Of a stretch of DNA of 64,000 bases, positions 36,231 to 51,064 are shown piece after piece. This DNA is from Hyaloraphidium curvatum SAG 235-1 (Eukaryota; Fungi; Monoblepharomycota). Location: assembly GCA_025558095.1 (NCBI GenBank), contig JAIVFI010000015.1, forward strand, positions 310,001-374,000, in the 5' to 3' direction. Positions within the stretch are counted from its first letter, which is position 1. Every line of letters begins with the position of its first letter. The translations under genes were made by a program, and so were the position numbers. The notes beneath the pieces are model-generated. The model was not told where the DNA came from, made no database searches, and saw nothing but the letters and a program-made list of their open reading frames with translations.

Positions 36231-39200
36231 CTAAACTGGAGCTTCCACCTCCGGCCGCACCTCGGCCTTCGCCTCCACGTCCGTCATCACCACGTCCCCG
36301 CCAGCGTCTATCGGCGGTACGGGGCCCGCGGGCCCCGAAGAGCTCGTCAACACCTCCGGCTTTTCGACTTTGGCCGGAGTGGCCGGAGCGTCCGTGTCCG
36401 GCAAAAGCGCAACATTCGAAGGCACCATTGACAATGGAGCTTCGGAAACCGGAGGCCGCTTCTCAGTCTCTGCATGAGAAGCCCCAGTGGCCGAGAGAGG
36501 CTTCGCGTCCTCCCGTTTGACATCGACAACAGCTCCCTCGGCCCTCTGGTCGACGTCCGGAGGAGCTCGCTCAGGCTTCCGGTCAGGGTCGGCCTTGAGC
36601 TTGAATCTCGGCGCGTCACGATCATGCTTCCTGTCCGGATCCCCTAAACCCTTGTGCTTGAATTTGAGAGTGTCGGACGATTTGGAGCCGGCTTCACGGG
36701 GTCGCGAGGAGCTCTCGTCCTTCCGTGGCTCGTCCTTGATCCGTGGCTTTCCAGGATCCGACTTCTTCAACTCTCCTTTCCCGCTGTCCTCCTTGGGCCG
36801 TCCGTCGCCGGATTTCGTCTTCCCTGCGGAATCGTTCTCCGTGGCCCTCTTCTTGGGCGACTTGTCATCGCCCTTTGGAGGATTGTCCGTGGCCCTCTTC
36901 TTTGGCGGTTTGTCGCCGTCCTTGGAGGGATCCCCCGTCTTCTTCTTCTGCGCCTTGTCGTCCCCTTCGTCCCCCTTAGGGGAGTCCCGAGACTTGGTAC
37001 CCTCGCCCCCGCCGCCATATTTCAACTCCCACTTGTCGTGCATTCCCTTGAACTTTTCGCCGTCCATGTCGTCGTTGAACTTCCGTGCGGCGTAGTCCCA
37101 CAGCTTCCGCTCCAGTTTCTCGCGCTTCTTCCCCTCGGCACGCTGGACGGCATCCCGGATGCACTTCCCGACCTCCTTCACGCGATCCCAGAGATAGAGG
37201 AGGCTCGCCTTCTTCTCCGTGATATGGTCCGGGACTCCTCCATTCAGCTCCTTCAGGATCGCACGAACAGGCTTCAGCAGATCCCGCACGTCGGGCTCCG
37301 CGCCCTTGGATACTGCGGAATTCCGATCGGCCTTGTCCTTTGAACCGGGTCCCTTGGACTTCTTCTTCGGCGACGTCGGATCGACGTCCTGGTCGTTCTT
37401 GGATGCCGCAGACGATGATGCCTTCGGTTTCGGCTCCGCCTTTTTCGCCACTGGACCCCGCTCGTGGGGCGCACGGAGAGAGTCAATCAGGCCCTTGATG
37501 GCGGACTCGGCACGCCGAGTCAGGTGGGGAGCCTTCGGAAGCAGCTTCGCATCCGCAGACCCATCCGCAGCTTTGGAAGATCCGAGGAACATCTTCCCCA
37601 TCAGGTCGAGGCTTTCATCCTGCTGCATGTCGTCCCAGTTCCCCATGCCGTGCTTGTAGACCCCGACTAGAAGCATGGAGTCGTCCTTGAGCGTCCAGTT
37701 GCAGGCCCAGTTTGCCGGGGCGCGGAAATTGTCCGTCACCAAACGGAACTGCTGCAGGTTGGGGATCGTCGACAGGTGTTCCGCAAGCGCCTTGAGCTCC
37801 TTCTGGCGGTCGCATATCTGAGTCGCGTTCAGGCCCTTCACACCCTCAAAATCGATCTGCGCAAACTTGGCCGCCTTCTTGCCGGACTCTTTGGCGTCGC
37901 CTTCCTCGTCGACAGGTGTCTGCACCGCAGGCTGGCTCTTCGAGTCCTTGACGGCCTGCCGGCACGCCTTGAGGAGCCGTTCCGCAGCGTCAACGACGAC
38001 GGAACGATCCTTGCCCTCCAGCTGGGCTTCCTTGACGATCCGATCGTACTGGATCTCGATGCCGCCAAATTTCGTGAGCGCTCGGGCGAGATTCCGAATG
38101 TCCTTTTCGGCCAGAGTGCTTGCCGAAGCCCCCTTCTTTCCGGACGACGAAGCCTTCTTCTTGGCCTTCTTCTGCGCGGGCGCATTGTCCGCCTCTGCAG
38201 AAGCTGCGGCGCGCTTTCGAGCGGCAGCGGCAGCCGCCTCCGCGGCCTTCCTCTTTGCTTCAGCCTCGGCCGCCGCCTTGGCCTCCTCTTCGGCTCGCAA
38301 ACGCTCGGCCTCCGGGATGATTTCTTCCCAGCTCAGCTGATCGGCACCGAAATCCGCGATCTTCCACGCGTCCTTGAACTCTTCGAAGCCCTCCTCGTCG
38401 TTGTCCGCAACGGTATCGTGATGCTCCGCGCGCTCGAGAATGTCGTCGAGGTTCAGCGCCTCGAGCTGCGCCTGGCGCGTCGAGTCGTTCTCCTTGAAGA
38501 GATTCTGAGCCCCGAACTTGAGGATGGCCTGGAGCTCATCGCGACTGTAGTTCTCCGGATCGACGGCCTTCTTGCTGGCCGGCGCGGCGTGAGCCACGGA
38601 CGATCCATCCATCTTGCGCATGATGCTGTACTCCAGCACCATCTTCCGCTTTGCCCTTTCAAGGATGTCTTCCTCGATCGTCTCCTTGGAAACGAAGCGG
38701 TAGACGTTCACGTGCTTCTTCTGCCCGATGCGATGCGCACGGGCCATCGCCTGGAGATCGTTCTGCGGGTTCCAATCACTGGAACAACATCGTGAGTTCG
38801 GGCAAGAGAAGCGTGCACGCCGGCCATACCTGTCGAAAAGGATGACCGTGTCGGCCGTCTCCAGATTGATCCCCAGACCACCGGCCCTTGTGGACAGCAA
38901 GAAAATGAAGTCCTGCGAGCCTGGCGCATTGAACCTTTCGATGGCCTTCTTCCTCGCCTCCGCCGGCACGCTCCCGTCCAACCGCTGGTAGCCGTAGGAG
39001 CGAAGCTGCACGTACTCCGCCAGAATGTCCAGCATCATCACGAGCTGCGAAAAGATGAGGACCCGGTGCCCGTCCGCCTTTAGACGGGTCAGGAGCTTGT
39101 CGAGAAGCACCATCTTGCCCGAGTTCATCACCAGCCCCTGCAACCGCTTGTCCTTTTCGACGCCCCAGGTGTCGTCAGCGCCGTCGATGAGATACGGATG

Positions 39201-42143
39201 ATCGCTGGTCTTCTTCAGCTCCATCACGATGTTCAGGAGGCTGCGCGGCCTCGAGCCCTCCGAGGTGAGAGCCTCGTAATTACGGGTGATGATGTGCTTG
39301 TAGTAGCGGACCTGCATGGGGGAGAGTTCGACGCGCAAGATGCGCTCGGTCTTGCTGGGAAGATCCTTCTCCACGTCCTTCTTCAGCCTGCGGCACATGT
39401 ACGGCTTCAGGCGGGTGTGGAATTCGGTGATCTTCTGCTGCGTCTCCGAGTTGTCCGCGAGGTTGATGTCCACGTCCTCCAAGTCGGCGAATTTGCCGGG
39501 CATCAGGAACTTGACCAGCGACATGAGCTCCTGGACGTTGTTCTGGCGAGCCAAGCGTTGGAATCGAAAATGAAATCGGCGCTCCCGCTTCCGACCACCT
39601 ACCTGGAGCGGCGTGCCCGTGATGAGAAGCCGATTCGCGGTGTAGAAATCGCCGACGAGCGTCTCGTGCAGCTGGCTCTCCTGGTTCTTCAACCGATGAG
39701 CTTCGTCGACGGCCAAGTATGCCCAACGAATCTGGCCCAACTCGGCCTTGTCCTTCAACACCAGCTCATAAGTCGTGAGGAGCACGTTGAACTTCAGTTT
39801 CCGCCTCCCGGCTCCCCCGCCGCCGTGAGCGTAGAACTCGTGCTCCCGAATTATGTCCCGAGAAAGTCGGTTGCCCATGTAGACGATGAGGTTCATCTGC
39901 GGCGCCCACTTTGCGAACTCCCTCTGCCAGGATCCGATCGTCGACAAGGGCACCACGACCAGGAAGGGCCCGTACAGCTTCGCCGCGTTGAAGAGGTAGT
40001 TCAGCAAGCAGATGGTTTGCACCGTCTTCCCCAGCCCCATCTCGTCCGCCAGGATGCCGTTCTCGTTCCGGTGCCACAGGTGGGCAGCCCACTGAATGCC
40101 GGTCATCTGGTAGTCCCGCAGATCTCCGCCGACCATGTACGACGGTTGCTTGCCGCCGAAGCGTTGCAAAATGCCCCGGTTGTCCGGGCCGTAAGTCGTG
40201 GAGTTGGAGGGCAGTGTCCGGCAGTTCTCCCTCTCCAGATAGGCATCAATCTGCGGGCCACATGACTCCGCAATGTCCTCGCTCGCCTCCCAGGTGCAAT
40301 CGGAGTAATCCAGCCTCTTCCACTTGCAGTAGTACTCGATCCCGCTCGGGTACTCCTCCGTCCTCTCCACCATGCGCTGCCCGATGACGCGTTCCACAGT
40401 CCGGTAGTCCTCCAGAATGTCGCGATCCATCTGCATGCGGATATCGAGCTGCTCAATCTCCTCCTTGGTCACGGTGGGGTCCTCCCGCTGAGCACGTTCG
40501 ACGTCCACGACCTTTTTCTGGTAGTTCTTGAGCTTCTGGAAGCCCTTGTACTCCCGCAAGGACGCCACCGTCTCCCAGGTATTGTGGAGGTGCGATCGCC
40601 CTTGCCACTTGACGAAGAACTCGTCCTCCCCGCTTACCGAATCAGCTAAAGAAGTATAACCGTGAGAATGTGCGCGGCGCGCGTCTTGGGACCGCCTCTC
40701 ACAGCCAGTTCTGTAGTCGAGGATCTTGTCGATGGTTTCGCCGTCCTCAAGTAGAAGCTCCTCTTGCCGCATCGTGCTGCGCTTCTTCTTCTCCGGCTCA
40801 TCCATGTCACTGCCGCTGAGGCCCAGTTCGTCGACAAACTGCTCGTCCACGTTGTAGTTCTGCACGGTCTTGTTCCTGGTGCTGAACCGAACCATCCCAG
40901 CGAAGCTGTCTTCATCCGACGAATCGCCACGACGAGCTGGATCGGCGTGAGATTCAACCCTCGTAGCGGCCTCGCGCGCCCCGACCTTTCTTGGCCTTTT
41001 TGCGAGGCCGCGACTTGGTGGGACGCCGCCCCCACGGGTCTTCATCATCGCCAGAACCCGAGCCGCTGCCGTCGCTGCCATTGCCTGGCGCAATTGACCG
41101 GTCAGCGGTCAGCGAAGATGGTCGGGCGGTTGCAAGTAAGGAAGCAGACACCCACCGTACTCCGCGCGGCCTTTCCCCTTCCCTCGTTTGGTCCCCCTGC
41201 GTCTCTTTTCTGTCCCATCGTCCGAGGTCTCATCTCCGGCAAGCTGGAGACAGGTGTGAAGCCAGGAAACACAGCCCGGGCTTCGGCACACCTGCCCCAC
41301 CTCAAAACGCTGGGTCGGTACTCTGGCACGTCCCGTCCTTCGGAGGCCGTAGAGCTCGGGATCCAGCTCGGCGATAGCACGCGGAGAATCCGACTCTTTC
41401 CCCTTTCGCCCTCCCCAGTTCTGGCCCGACGGCCGATTGCCGTTCAGCGTGTTCCGCCTGGAAGCGCCATAAGAGCGACTGCCATTGTCATCGCTCCCTG
41501 CTCCAGAGGATGTATCCCCCGAATCCGACCCGGAACCCTCGTTGGAGCCCGCGTCCCGAGATTCGTCGCCGTTCGCGGCATCGTCCTCCTCTGTCTCGTC
41601 CCCCGCGTCGTCCCCAGGCCTATCCACCGACATCTGCTCATCATCGGACCCCGCCCCCGACGATTCGGACCGCGTGAGATCCGCGTCATTGTCCGAAAGT
41701 CCAGACGACTCGGAGCTCCGTCCATCGTTGCCGTCCGCTGAACCGTGTCAAAGGCGGAAAAGGATCCAGGAACGCCGGAAAGAGGCAAGAGCATGGAAAG
41801 GGCGGAAAAGTAGATGTTAGCAATGCGAGTTCATGCACGATGCTGGCCTCCGCCTTGTCGCGCTGCGCTCAGGTGGAGCGCCGGAGGCAGCGGCGCCGGC
41901 GTCCGCCGACGGATTACCCAGGACGCCCACACCCGCGCCACGAGACGTCCGCCAGTCAGACCAAAATGCGCGAAACGTGGCGCATCGGGTCTCGGGACAC
42001 TGTCCCGTTCATCGCGGCGTTCTCGCGTTGGCCCAGCGTGCGTCCCCTCTGCCCGCCCGGTCCCACGAGCCGTGCTCGGAGCTTGATGCGGGCCAAGGCA
42101 ACTGTCCAGGATGCTGACCTTCGTTCTCATAAGCGTCGTCCAT
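36231..42143 (-). CDS. CHD1: Chromodomain helicase Chd1/Hrp3
   Basis: [10 protein letters not shown], double chromodomain ([16 protein letters not shown]; [16 protein letters not shown]), [52 protein letters not shown]. First exon (MDDAYENE at 42143) is tentative. Confidence 0.95.
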
Positions 42144-42245
42144 CTCCCGACACCATGGAAACCTCGGGGGACCCGCGTGTCTGGCCGATCACCCAAACTA
42201 CAGACAAGCGCGCGCAAGAACCAACTTTCGATGATCTTGACTACA

Positions 42246-44932
<2,687 letters not shown>

Positions 44933-45081
44933 GAGTTTCGGCCACGCGTCAGCAAGTCGCCGCGACGCGAAGGGTCATTGGGAGTCGGGTGGCCGTGGCG
45001 TCAGGAGACCCCCTCCTCGCTGACTGACTGGGGCAACGCGGGGCGGGCCGCCGCCGTCACCACACACACCTCGTTGACACG

Positions 45082-45809
45082 ATGATCGAAATCACCTGCA
45101 ACGACCGTCTGGTTAGCATCTTGTTTCTCCTCGACCACGCCAAAGCCGTTTCTGACGGGCTCCTTCCTTTTCTGGGCTCTTGAACCGGACCAACGGACGC
45201 GTGCTGCGCATCCTGTGAACCGACACCGTGTCGTCACCATGCGGTCTACGCCACGATGATAACAGGGAAAGAAAGTTCGGATAAAGTGCAATACAGGTTA
45301 GTCGCGGCAAGATCGCGCCCGCATCGGCCCCACGCTGACCGCGGACTTCTGGCCCAGACGACACCATCGGAGACCTGAAGAAGCTGATTGCGGCACAGGT
45401 GGAGCTTTGTGTCTTCTTCAACGAGTCTGAGTGGCTCCTCACCGGCATGCCCATGCCTCTTCCGCATAGACGGGCACGAAACCGGAGAAGATCGTCCTGA
45501 AGAAGTGGTACAACGTCTACAAAGCAGGTTCGCTGCGTACTTGCCTGGCAACTGGCTGATCGTGATATTGTTACAGGACCACATCACGCTCGCTGACTAC
45601 GAGGTCCACGATGGTGGGTGCCCCGATCATGCTGCTGCTGCCATCGCTTGACAGTTCGCCTTGTTTACTTCGGCGTTCGACCACTATTACGCTATCTCTC
45701 GCTTCTCCCGCATTCGTGCAGGCTTCAACTTTGAGGTGGATAGGCCCTGCAGCGCGAGCTCGAGCGATCTCTAAGCATTTCCGCCTCCCTTCAGCTCTAC
45801 TACGCGTGA
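45082..45809 (+). CDS. HUB1: Ubiquitin-like protein Hub1/UBL5 (7 exons, 73 aa; not recoverable from the ORF track)
   Basis: Exons 45082-45111, 45266-45296, 45358-45398, 45470-45523, 45577-45613, 45722-45735 and 45795-45809 give [73 protein letters not shown]. Confidence 0.93.
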
Positions 45810-46143
45810 GTCTGGGGTTGACCGTCTCCCGTGACGGCTTGCGGCTCCATGGACGCGGAGTACTTGTTGGCCCATGCCCATTCTTGATCCAAGGCGATCC
45901 CGGGCTGGGATCTGGACCTGTTGGATCTGGACTCTGCACAGATCTATTCCGGCGCCGCGGCGCCGTGGCACCGCAACGCGTGGCGCACTCTGATCGACAT
46001 GGCGAAGCGAATGTAATCTTTGTCTGAATGCTATCGTTATCCTAGTAGGCTGTCATGAACATGAACGGCATGCGTGATGAGTGCGCTCCCCCCCCCGCAA
46101 CCCCCGGTTCGACTGTCGTTTTCTGCCACCACGACATTGAGCG

Positions 46144-48240
46144 ATGGTGGGGCACAACGCGCCGCGTGGCGGCGAGGAAACCTCCGGAACGCGATGGATT
46201 AATGCCGGCGCGCGATGCCTCGTTCCGTAGTCGGCCGGTGCCCCCATAAACATCTTCGCCGATGAGGCGACCCAGGAGAGGGCCGAGAATGCCCGCATGG
46301 TGAGGATCTCTGCGCCGGACATCGCTGTACATCTCATGAACGCGTCCCGGCTCCAGTCGTCGTTCGTCGGGGCCATTGCCATCGGGGACATGATCAAGAG
46401 CACCTTGGGACCGAAAGGAATGGTGCGCGACCCCCGGCCCATTGGCTCTCCCCGGCCGCGTAATCCGACGCCCTTTCCGCGCCGCTCCGTCTTTAGGACA
46501 AGATCCTGCAGTCCATGTCGGACGGGAACATCGTGGTCACGAACGATGGTGCGACGATCCTCAAAAGCATCGCGCTCGACAACCCGGCGGCCAAGGTGCT
46601 CGTGAACATCTCCAAGGTCCAGGACGACGAGGTCGGGGACGGCACGACGTCCGTCTGCGTCCTGGCATCGGAGCTGCTTAAGGAGGCGGAGAAGCTGGTC
46701 GCGCAGAAGATCCACCCGCAGACCATCATCGAAGGTTTCCGACTCGCCACCGCCGTGGCCCGCAAAACCCTGGAAAGCAGCGCCGTGGACAACAGGTGCG
46801 CTGGCCCGGCGGAGTGCGCATGGCATGGGATGCTGAACGCCCGCTTGCCCCGGCGTCTGGTCCCGCGAGCAGCAAGAACCCCGAGCAGTTCCGCGAGGAC
46901 TTGCTCAACATTGCCCGGACCACGCTCAGCTCCAAGGTGCTTTCGGGGGCCAAGGACTACTTTGCTAAGCTTGCCGTCGATGCCGTGCTGCGGCTCAAGG
47001 TAAAGCGCTTGCGAAGTCGTCGGGTACAGGAGCTGAAATCGCTGTGCCAGGGCAAGACGAATCTCGAGCACATCCAGATCATCAAGAAGTCCGGTGGCAG
47101 GCTCGAGGACTCGTATTTGGACGAGGGTTTCATCCTGGACAAGCGGATCGGTGTCAACCAGCCGAAGCGAATTGAGAACGCGCAGATCTTGATCGCCAAC
47201 ACCCGTGAGGCAGCCTCGCCGAGCGCTCGGGACCTTTGCTGACCCCGTGCGGTTTGCAGCCATGGACACTGACAAGATCAAGATCTTTGGGGCGCGCGTG
47301 CGCGTCGATGCGACCGGCAAGCTCGCGGAGCTGGAGCGTGCCGAGCGGGACAAGATGAAGGAGAAGGTCGAAAAGATCAAGGCCCACGGCGTCAACTGCT
47401 TCGTCAACCGCCAGCTCATCTACAACTGGCCGGAGCAGCTCTTTGCCGACGCCGGCATCACGGCGATCGAGCACGCCGACTTTGAGGGCGTCGAGAGGCT
47501 GGCGCTCGTAACCGGCGGCGAGATCGCGTCGACGTTCGACCACCCGGAGCTCGTGAAGCTGGGCAAGTGCGATCTCATCGAGGAGATCATCATCGGCGAG
47601 GACAGGGTGGGTGTCGTCTTTAGAGCCCGGCACCGGGCCGCTGCTGATTGGCGGCGCAGATGATCAAGTTCTCGGGTTGCGCCGCGGGCGAGGCGTGCAC
47701 CGTCGTCCTGCGCGGTGCCACGCACCAGATCCTCGACGAGGCCGAGCGGTCGCTGCACGATGCGCTCTGCGTTCTCTCGCAGACGGTCAAGGAGCCCCGC
47801 ACCGTCCTCGGCGGCGGCTGCTCCGAGACGCTCATGAGCAAGGCCGTCGACGAGCTCGCGGCCATCACCCCGGGGAAGAAGGCGATGGCCATCGAGAGCT
47901 TTGCCCGCGCCCTGCGCATGGTGGGTTGCTGCCCCGCGGCGAACTCAGGCAGCAGAGCTGACGGGTGCCGCGCTTGCAGATACCCACGATCCTGGCCGAC
48001 AATGCCGGGTACGACAGCTCGGACCTGGTGTCCCGGCTCCGGGCCGCGCACTACGAGAACAAGACGACGTACGGCCTCGACATGTACAAGGGCGACATCG
48101 CGGACATGAAGACGCTGGGCGTCACCGAGTCTTTCAAGCTCAAGCGCCAGGTGCTCCTCTCCGCCGCCGAGGCGGCCGAGCTCATCCTCCGCGTGGACGA
48201 CATCATCCGGTGCGCGCCGAGGCGGAGAGACAGGGAGTGA
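46144..48240 (+). CDS. CCT2: Chaperonin CCT/TRiC beta subunit
   Basis: ERAENARM|[71 protein letters not shown]. Confidence 0.96.
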
Positions 48241-48322
48241 AGAGCTGGCCGGCATACCACGATATTCAGCGATATCTTACGCATACCCTGGATTAGAATC
48301 TCTCCTGCCCCTCCTTCGCCGC

Positions 48323-48945
48323 TCATCCGTAACCCTGTGCCAGCGGCGGTCTCGGCGCGCCCGCCATCTTGCGGCTCCGCGTCCCGCCCTCCTCGCACGG
48401 TCCGGGCACGCGCGACCGCGGGTCGATCGCCTGGTTGCGCACGACGCCGACCCTGAAGTACTGCGGATGGTTCTCGTAGAACCGCTTCCACTTTTCCAGG
48501 TGCCTCAGCTCGCCGTCCGTCAGGCCGCGGAGGTCGTGCGTGCGGTGCTCCGCGCTCGCCAGGCACCCCGTCGCAAAGGCGCGGGCGCAGTCCCGGCCGC
48601 CAAATTGTTCGTAGGCGCCGCCGGGGCCATAGAAGCGCCGGCCTGCGGTCACGTCGAATATGGTTCCATTGATAGCCAAGTAGAGGGGTTTCGAGGGGTC
48701 CCGTCCGTCGTGCCGTGCCAGCTGCTGGGGAGTGAGAACCAGGTTGGGCCGCTGGCGGGGACGCGTGAGTGCGCGTCGCATCGCGTCGGCACGGTGCGCA
48801 CAAAGGGGAAGAACTTGCGGCGATCTGGGACCACGTAAGTCCAGAGGAACGTCTGCGTCACGATGTAGGATGCGCAGGTGGACAGAACGGCGAGGACGCC
48901 GGCCCAGCGCAGCAGCGCGGCGAAACCCGCGGCAGCCGGGGCCAT
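48323..48945 (-). CDS. Cytochrome b5-like heme/steroid-binding (MAPR family) membrane protein
   Basis: N-terminal TM helix, LTPQQLARHDG.DPSKPLYLAINGTIFDVT.GRRFYGPGGAY..FGGRDCARAFATGC, W.RFY..H..YFRVG. Confidence 0.88.
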
Positions 48946-49109
48946 TACCGGATTGCACGCGCCGGGTGAATTGTACGGAGCCTGGCACTGCAAATCGAAC
49001 GAGATTCGTGGGTCGGCCCGTCGGGGTGCAAGGGTTTGACCATCCGGGGAGGCTGCCAGTTGAACAATTGCACCTTGCGACTAACTAGATAACCGTTCCC
49101 GCCGTAGCC

Positions 49110-50078
49110 ATGAGATCTGCTGGACGTCTTGTCGACCGCCGCGAGGCCGCTTGGCAACTGAAGAGCCGCAAGTTCCTCGATGTCCCCGCCATCTGCGATC
49201 TCTTTGGCGTGGACCGAAGCACATTGTACCGGTGGATCCAGAAGGTCGAGCGAGGGCCCGCGCCGGCCACGTGCAAAGGCCGGGCCCGGAAAGTCACCAC
49301 GGAGAGGGCCAAATGGCTGGCCGAGTTTGCCGTGTCGAAGGTGACTGCAAGCCAGGCCGACATGGCAAGGGCCTTCGAAGACCGGTTCGGGGTCGCCATC
49401 TCGCACCAGTGGGTCTCAAAGATCCTGCAGGAACACGGTGTGACGCGCAAGAGGCTGCGGGTGATGAGCTCGGAGGCCGCGGCTCAGCCGGAGCGGCACC
49501 TCGCCTTTCACGAGGCCGTCGCGGGCACCGACGAAACCGACCTCGCCTCCCTCGACGAGTCGTCATTCCACATCAACGAAAGCCCTTCCTACGGCTACGC
49601 TCGGCGCGGGGAGGAGGCCAGGGTGGAGCGATCTAGCGACCGCGGCACGAAGCTCACCCTGGCAGTTTGCGTGTCCATGGTTCCCAGGCCCGGGAACTTT
49701 TCGGGCTGCGTTGTTTCCTATGCCATCTACGAGGGAAGCATGGACAACGCCAGGTTTGTCAGGTTCCTCTCGTCTGTTGGGAAAGCGCGGCGGGATGTGC
49801 CAGGCACCCCGTCGGCCCCTGCAGACCCTCCGGGGCCTTTGACGGTTATTCTGGACAATGCGGGCTTCCACGGACCGCCCACCCAGCGCCGCAGAGGGCC
49901 CGATGGGCGGTGGAAGTACCGCGACTGCACTACCACGAAGTCGTATCGGGCAGTACAGGCGGCCGCACAGGCTGGTGGCATCAAGCTCGCCTACATGAGG
50001 CCCAGGTCTCCGCAGTTCAACCCCAGCGAGAACGTGCTCTCTGTCGTCAAGCGCCGCGTGAGTCCTCCAGCATCCTGA
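49110..50078 (+). mobile_element. IS630/Tc1-mariner superfamily DDE transposase (C-terminus truncated or spliced)
   Basis: Two HTH-like segments (ICDLFGVDRSTLYRW; MARAFEDRFGVAISHQWVSKILQEHGVTRKRL); catalytic SLDESSF (D 49554), VILDNAGFH (D 49854), SPQFNPSE (E 50028), VVKRRV. No TIRs found. Confidence 0.85.
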
Positions 50079-51064
50079 CGACCTACTGGTTCCACGGCGG
50101 GCCCGTTGTGGCCGAGGCCGCGTTCTTCGTCCAGCTCTTTGCTCGCGGGCTCGGCGACGTGGGCCTCGAGATGGCTCTAGCCCCCGGCTCCACCGCCAGT
50201 GACCTCGGCGGAGAAGCTGGGCTCCGCCGGTGGAACCTGACCCGGCTGGTCGTGCCCATCACGTGGGACGACGAGAGCTTCAAGGCGTGGAGGGAGCGGA
50301 TGGCGGCGGCGGCCGTCACGGGCAAGATCGGGAAGCCGCTCGTCGTGGTGGGTTGCCGTGCGTCGCTGATCTTCCTGCAGATCCGCCCTCTTCTGTGCAT
50401 CTTCTGACCTTCATCGACATCCAGGAGTCCATCCTGTACTTTGTCGACGCCCTGCGGATGCGGTACCGGGTCGTGACGCGCGTGCACGCGTACCGGCTCG
50501 AGCTGCGGTCCGTTTGGCCGTCCCCCGAGGACGTGCAGCGGATGCTGTTTGCCAGACTCGACCGGTACGTTGTGGCCATGCTGCGGGAACGCCGCACCAC
50601 GACGGATGGCCTCGGCTTCACCGAGTTTTGGACACATGGCCTGGCCCACATCTTGGTCGGCGTGCTCGCCAACGTCAGCGACGGAGAGTACGCCAACTTT
50701 GAGTCCTCCATGCGGCTGCATCCGTTCAGCGAGTATTTCGACGTCGTTGTGGGTACTTCGCACTCGGGCATGGCCACGCACCATCAGGCGAGCTGATCAC
50801 GTCGAAGGTCCTCTCGGTTTCCAGGAGGCGGTGCTCGGCGAGGTTCTTCTAATACGATACATCCATCGCGAGTACCAGAAGGAGGCCAAGAAGAAGTCGG
50901 GCGAGTCCATGCGGGAGCCTCGGCACCTGGACGCCTTCTCGCGTGGCAACACGGGACCGTACTATGCCGTGAGTCGGCCTGTCTGCGAGCCCTGCATCGT
51001 TCGCTGAAGCAGCATCCTCCATCAGCAGGGCGTTCCTTACGAGTTCCCGACGGGAAGGAAGTGA
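50071..51064 (+). pseudogene. Orphan spliced gene lacking its own 5' end, or C-terminal fusion partner of the transposase
   Basis: Codon-biased exons join in frame through introns 50322-50380 (GC-AG), ~50750-50824 and ~50969-51025, ending QGVPYEFPTGRK-stop; no convincing start codon upstream of the exon. Confidence 0.5.

Noticed and set aside
36830-36975. Repeats in the CHD1 C-terminus (KKRATDN/KKRATEN)
   Set aside because: Ordinary low-complexity coding duplication in a disordered tail.
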